Origin: an uncultured Verrucomicrobiae bacterium
GTDB lineage: Bacteria > Verrucomicrobiota > Verrucomicrobiia > Limisphaerales > Palsa-1400
Direction: 5' to 3'
DNA length: 64,000 bases
Assembly: GCA_963702845.1 (NCBI GenBank)
Contig: OY969763.1
Span: 64,001 to 128,000 of the forward strand
Positions within the stretch are counted from its first letter, which is position 1. Each line of letters begins with the position of its first letter. Of this stretch, positions 61,607 through 64,000 are shown in pieces. Position numbers and translations under genes: made by a program. The notes under the pieces were generated by a model. It was given only the letters and a program-made list of their open reading frames with translations. It was not told the DNA's origin and did not search any database.

Positions 61607-62740
61607 ATGGCTGACCGACATCTTATCTTGGTAGTAGATGATCATCGTCCAACCGCGATTGCGCTCAAGAAGGTGCTTAACAACCGCAAGCCTAGCTGGG
61701 AGATTCTATTGGCTCACAGTGTCGAAGATGCGAAGCAGACAATCGAAACTCACCATTTAGATGCAGTCGTCACCGACTGGAGGTTAAATGAGCAGGACCA
61801 AGGTCAAACTGGCTTTCAAGTTGTTGAAGCTATGCATAGGAGGGATCCATGGTGTGTCAGTATCCTGATAACTGGGTATCCAGAAGCTTTGACCGGGTAC
61901 GAAAAAGCATTCCCGATGTCCGTTTATGATTGCATATCAAAGAACGCAAGAGGCGTAGTAGTTGTTGACGAACTTTGCATAAAATTGGACGCCGCTCTTA
62001 AGAGAAGAAGAGCACACCAAGATGCCAATTTTTACGCCAGGCACATCGATCACAGGCTTCGTCTGTCCTTTGGAACCACGTTGGACAAATCGCGGATAAC
62101 GTCGCGATGGCTGACTATCATGTTTACCGATATCAGGGGATTCTCCGCGGTTGCCAATCAATTGCGGACCGAAAAGGAGATGATTGCCGATTTCCTCCAG
62201 CAACTCTACGCCGCCACTGTGGATTGTGCGCACAAGCACGACGGCATAGTTGATAAGTTTATGGGCGATGGGGCCATGCTGTTATTTGGTGTTGATGATG
62301 ATGATAATAGTTCCAAAAATCGACGTCATACGAAGAATGCAGTGCGAGCAGCGCTTGATTTGAGGAAACGTTGTGGGCCGATTATTGAAAGTTTTAGAGA
62401 GCAGGCCGCTGGAATGCATGCTGCACAAATCGCAGGCTTAGATTTGGGAATTGGAATCAATACTGCGGAGGTGTTAGTCGGTATAATAAAGACCGAACTT
62501 CGGGATCAGTTTACGGCTTTAGGACATGGCGTGAATCTCGCGCAACGTTTTGAAAGCATCGCTGGAAAGTCCAGCAGTCCAAACGCAAAACACCGTTATG
62601 GCAATATTCTAATCACGTCAATGGTAGAGAGCCGTATCCGTGGCGATTTTGTAATTAAGGTAGAACCTTCGCTTGCAAATCTGCGCAATATAAATGAGCC
62701 CCATGATGTTTGGAGTGTGGTGCGCGAAGTCGAACGGTAA
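61607..62740 (+). CDS. Response regulator fused to class III nucleotide cyclase
   Basis: REC (ILVVDDH..VVTDW); cyclase FTDIRGFS, DKFMGDG, GINT, FTALGHGVNLAQRFE. Confidence 0.9.
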   Translation: MADRHLILVVDDHRPTAIALKKVLNNRKPSWEILLAHSVEDAKQTIETHHLDAVVTDWRLNEQDQGQTGFQVVEAMHRRDPWCVSILITGYPEALTGYEKAFPMSVYDCISKNARGVVVVDELCIKLDAALKRRRAHQDANFYARHIDHRLRLSFGTTLDKSRITSRWLTIMFTDIRGFSAVANQLRTEKEMIADFLQQLYAATVDCAHKHDGIVDKFMGDGAMLLFGVDDDDNSSKNRRHTKNAVRAALDLRKRCGPIIESFREQAAGMHAAQIAGLDLGIGINTAEVLVGIIKTELRDQFTALGHGVNLAQRFESIAGKSSSPNAKHRYGNILITSMVESRIRGDFVIKVEPSLANLRNINEPHDVWSVVREVER

Positions 62741-63150
62741 ACGATTGAGATTCTGGCTCTTCTGATGGCTTAACTTCGAGGCGTGTCCGCCTTGGCCCAA
62801 TTTGTGAATAAGTTTTTTGAAAAATCTTTGGGTATACCCCCGTAACTGTCCTAGTGCCTCATTTATTATATGCGGCATGAAAGCAAATAACACTGAGAAA
62901 AATGGTTCTAAGCCCGCCGTCGCTGAGGCTATGGCGCGGCCATCCGGCTCGAAGCCGGATTGGTGGGTGGCAGTGCCTGAATCAGAAAAAATAGTTTTGC
63001 GGAATGCGATCGGTGCAATTCGGCTGCAGAAGAAAAGCCGGTCTCCTCAGATTGCCAGTGCGGCGCAGAAATGGGATGCGACCATTTCGTGTTTTATTCG
63101 AGCGCGGCTGATGAATCGCAAAGTGCGACTCTCAACTGGCAACGTGCGGT

Positions 63151-63603
63151 CTATTTCCCGCGCAACAAACGGGCGTAACCAACAAGGTGGCGCTGGAGCT
63201 CGGGGTTAACCGGACACTGACTGCGTAACCATTCAATCGCGTCCTCAACTTCTTTTGTAAGATGAAATTTTTCGCTCCTGTTCGTCAGATCGATTTCGCC
63301 CTTCTCGGCCTTTCCGGTGGGTTTGATTGTGATTTCAATCAAAGCGGCGCCGGCGATGTCGGCGGCTTCTGCTGGATGCCGGGCATCGGTGCAACGTGCT
63401 GCGATGATTGCAGCCTGGGACTTGGGATCGGCTGCGAAGACTTTGAGTATCGCGACGAAATGTTGGTCACTGAAGTCGCGGGATTCGCCGGCGCACACAC
63501 GGCTGATGAAGCTACGGGACACGCCGGATTGGCGGGAAATTTCGGAATGGGTGATCCCACGTTCGTCGCAGATACGTTGCAGCGCGGTGCCGAGAAAGCT
63601 CAT
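63151..63603 (-). CDS. XRE-family repressor
   Basis: LQRICDERGITHSEISRQSGVSRSFISRVCAG HTH. Confidence 0.85.
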   Translation of the reverse strand: MSFLGTALQRICDERGITHSEISRQSGVSRSFISRVCAGESRDFSDQHFVAILKVFAADPKSQAAIIAARCTDARHPAEAADIAGAALIEITIKPTGKAEKGEIDLTNRSEKFHLTKEVEDAIEWLRSQCPVNPELQRHLVGYARLLRGK

Positions 63604-63906
63604 AAAATTTTTTACCTTTGCGTGCGCAGTTTATGCGCCTGCTACGCGATTGCAACCCGAGGTTATGCAACGGTTTGCGCGAAACGACCGCTGTTCCAGC
63701 GAAAAAAGCCGAAAAACAGCGTCAACAATTTTCTCACAAAAATTTGCTGCGCGAAAACAGCGCTAGTTGTCGCTTCATTACGGGAGGTGTCGCAAGTAGA
63801 CACCACACGGGTTCACACAAAAGAGGTCACGCAAAAAACCAGAGGTATAAACGTTTGCACGCGGCCACGGTGCTGCGCGTAACGCTTCGCAATAGAAAAC
63901 AAAGTT

Positions 63907-64000
63907 ATGGAAACAGTACAACAAACCATCGTCACCCTGAAAGAGGGTTACATCACCAAAGATGAAGTCGCGCGGCGTATGAAGAAATCCGAGCGCACTG
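63907..64000 (+). CDS. Excisionase/AlpA-like HTH protein (truncated by window end)
   Basis: My translation METVQQTIVTLKEGYITKDEVARRMKKSERT; divergent from the XRE repressor. Confidence 0.65.
   Translation, partial: METVQQTIVTLKEGYITKDEVARRMKKSERT

Larger units (their letters stand above)
37549..64000. mobile_element. Genomic island 2 / integrative element (defence-rich; right end outside window)
   Basis: att repeat, tyrosine integrase and arm-like repeats at the left end; defence cargo; XRE/excisionase pair at the window end. Confidence 0.8.

Noticed and set aside
61607..62740. Pycsar system call
   Set aside because: No adjacent cNMP-binding TIR/TM effector, and the cyclase residues look adenylate-type.
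62817..63209. Possible small gene between the cyclase and the XRE repressor
   Set aside because: Overlaps the XRE 3' end, has no recognisable motif, and the start is uncertain; left uncalled.

Overview
Bacterial window, most likely from a Verrucomicrobiota (Pedosphaera/Limisphaera-like) genome; this is inferred from the protein styles and not verified. Bases 1-27.6 kb are core chromosome: Ig-domain and RCC1-repeat secreted proteins, a GT39-like membrane protein, an NtrB/NtrC-type pair, dnaE, glnS, an aminopeptidase, waaF-lpxK-gmhA-ROK, two-component genes, a DapA-family protein and an RNB nuclease. Genes in the first ~16 kb carry many frameshifts that look like long-read indel errors. From 27.6 kb to the end is an accessory region. 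A 21-bp copy of a tRNA 3' end (probably tRNA-Thr) occurs at 27610 and 37528, each with paired integrase-arm-like repeats beside it, marking tandem genomic islands. Island 1 (~9.9 kb, no integrase) holds a decaying integron-type cassette array with attC sites and an IS110/IS1111 element inserted at an attC-like half site. Island 2 (>26 kb, runs off the window) starts with a tyrosine integrase and is packed with defence-like genes. These are NERD, a Schlafen/AlbA_2-NB-ARC-TPR protein with a P-loop ATPase operon, RmuC with a UDG-like gene, an atypical Dnd phosphorothioation locus, a WYL regulator with a perfect operator palindrome, a kinase/REC-cyclase pair, and an XRE/excisionase switch. The Dnd locus has dndC, dndD, a DndE-ATPase fusion, a DGQHR protein and IscS, and faces an SBD-HNH and a PD-(D/E)xK nuclease instead of dndFGH. 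The most striking unexplained signal is a ~40-bp same-orientation motif (GCTGCCGGCGCTAGAGGC..TGCACGAAAAGGTAATA). It recurs at least six times at gene-module boundaries in both islands and may be the recombination site of an undescribed cassette-accretion system.
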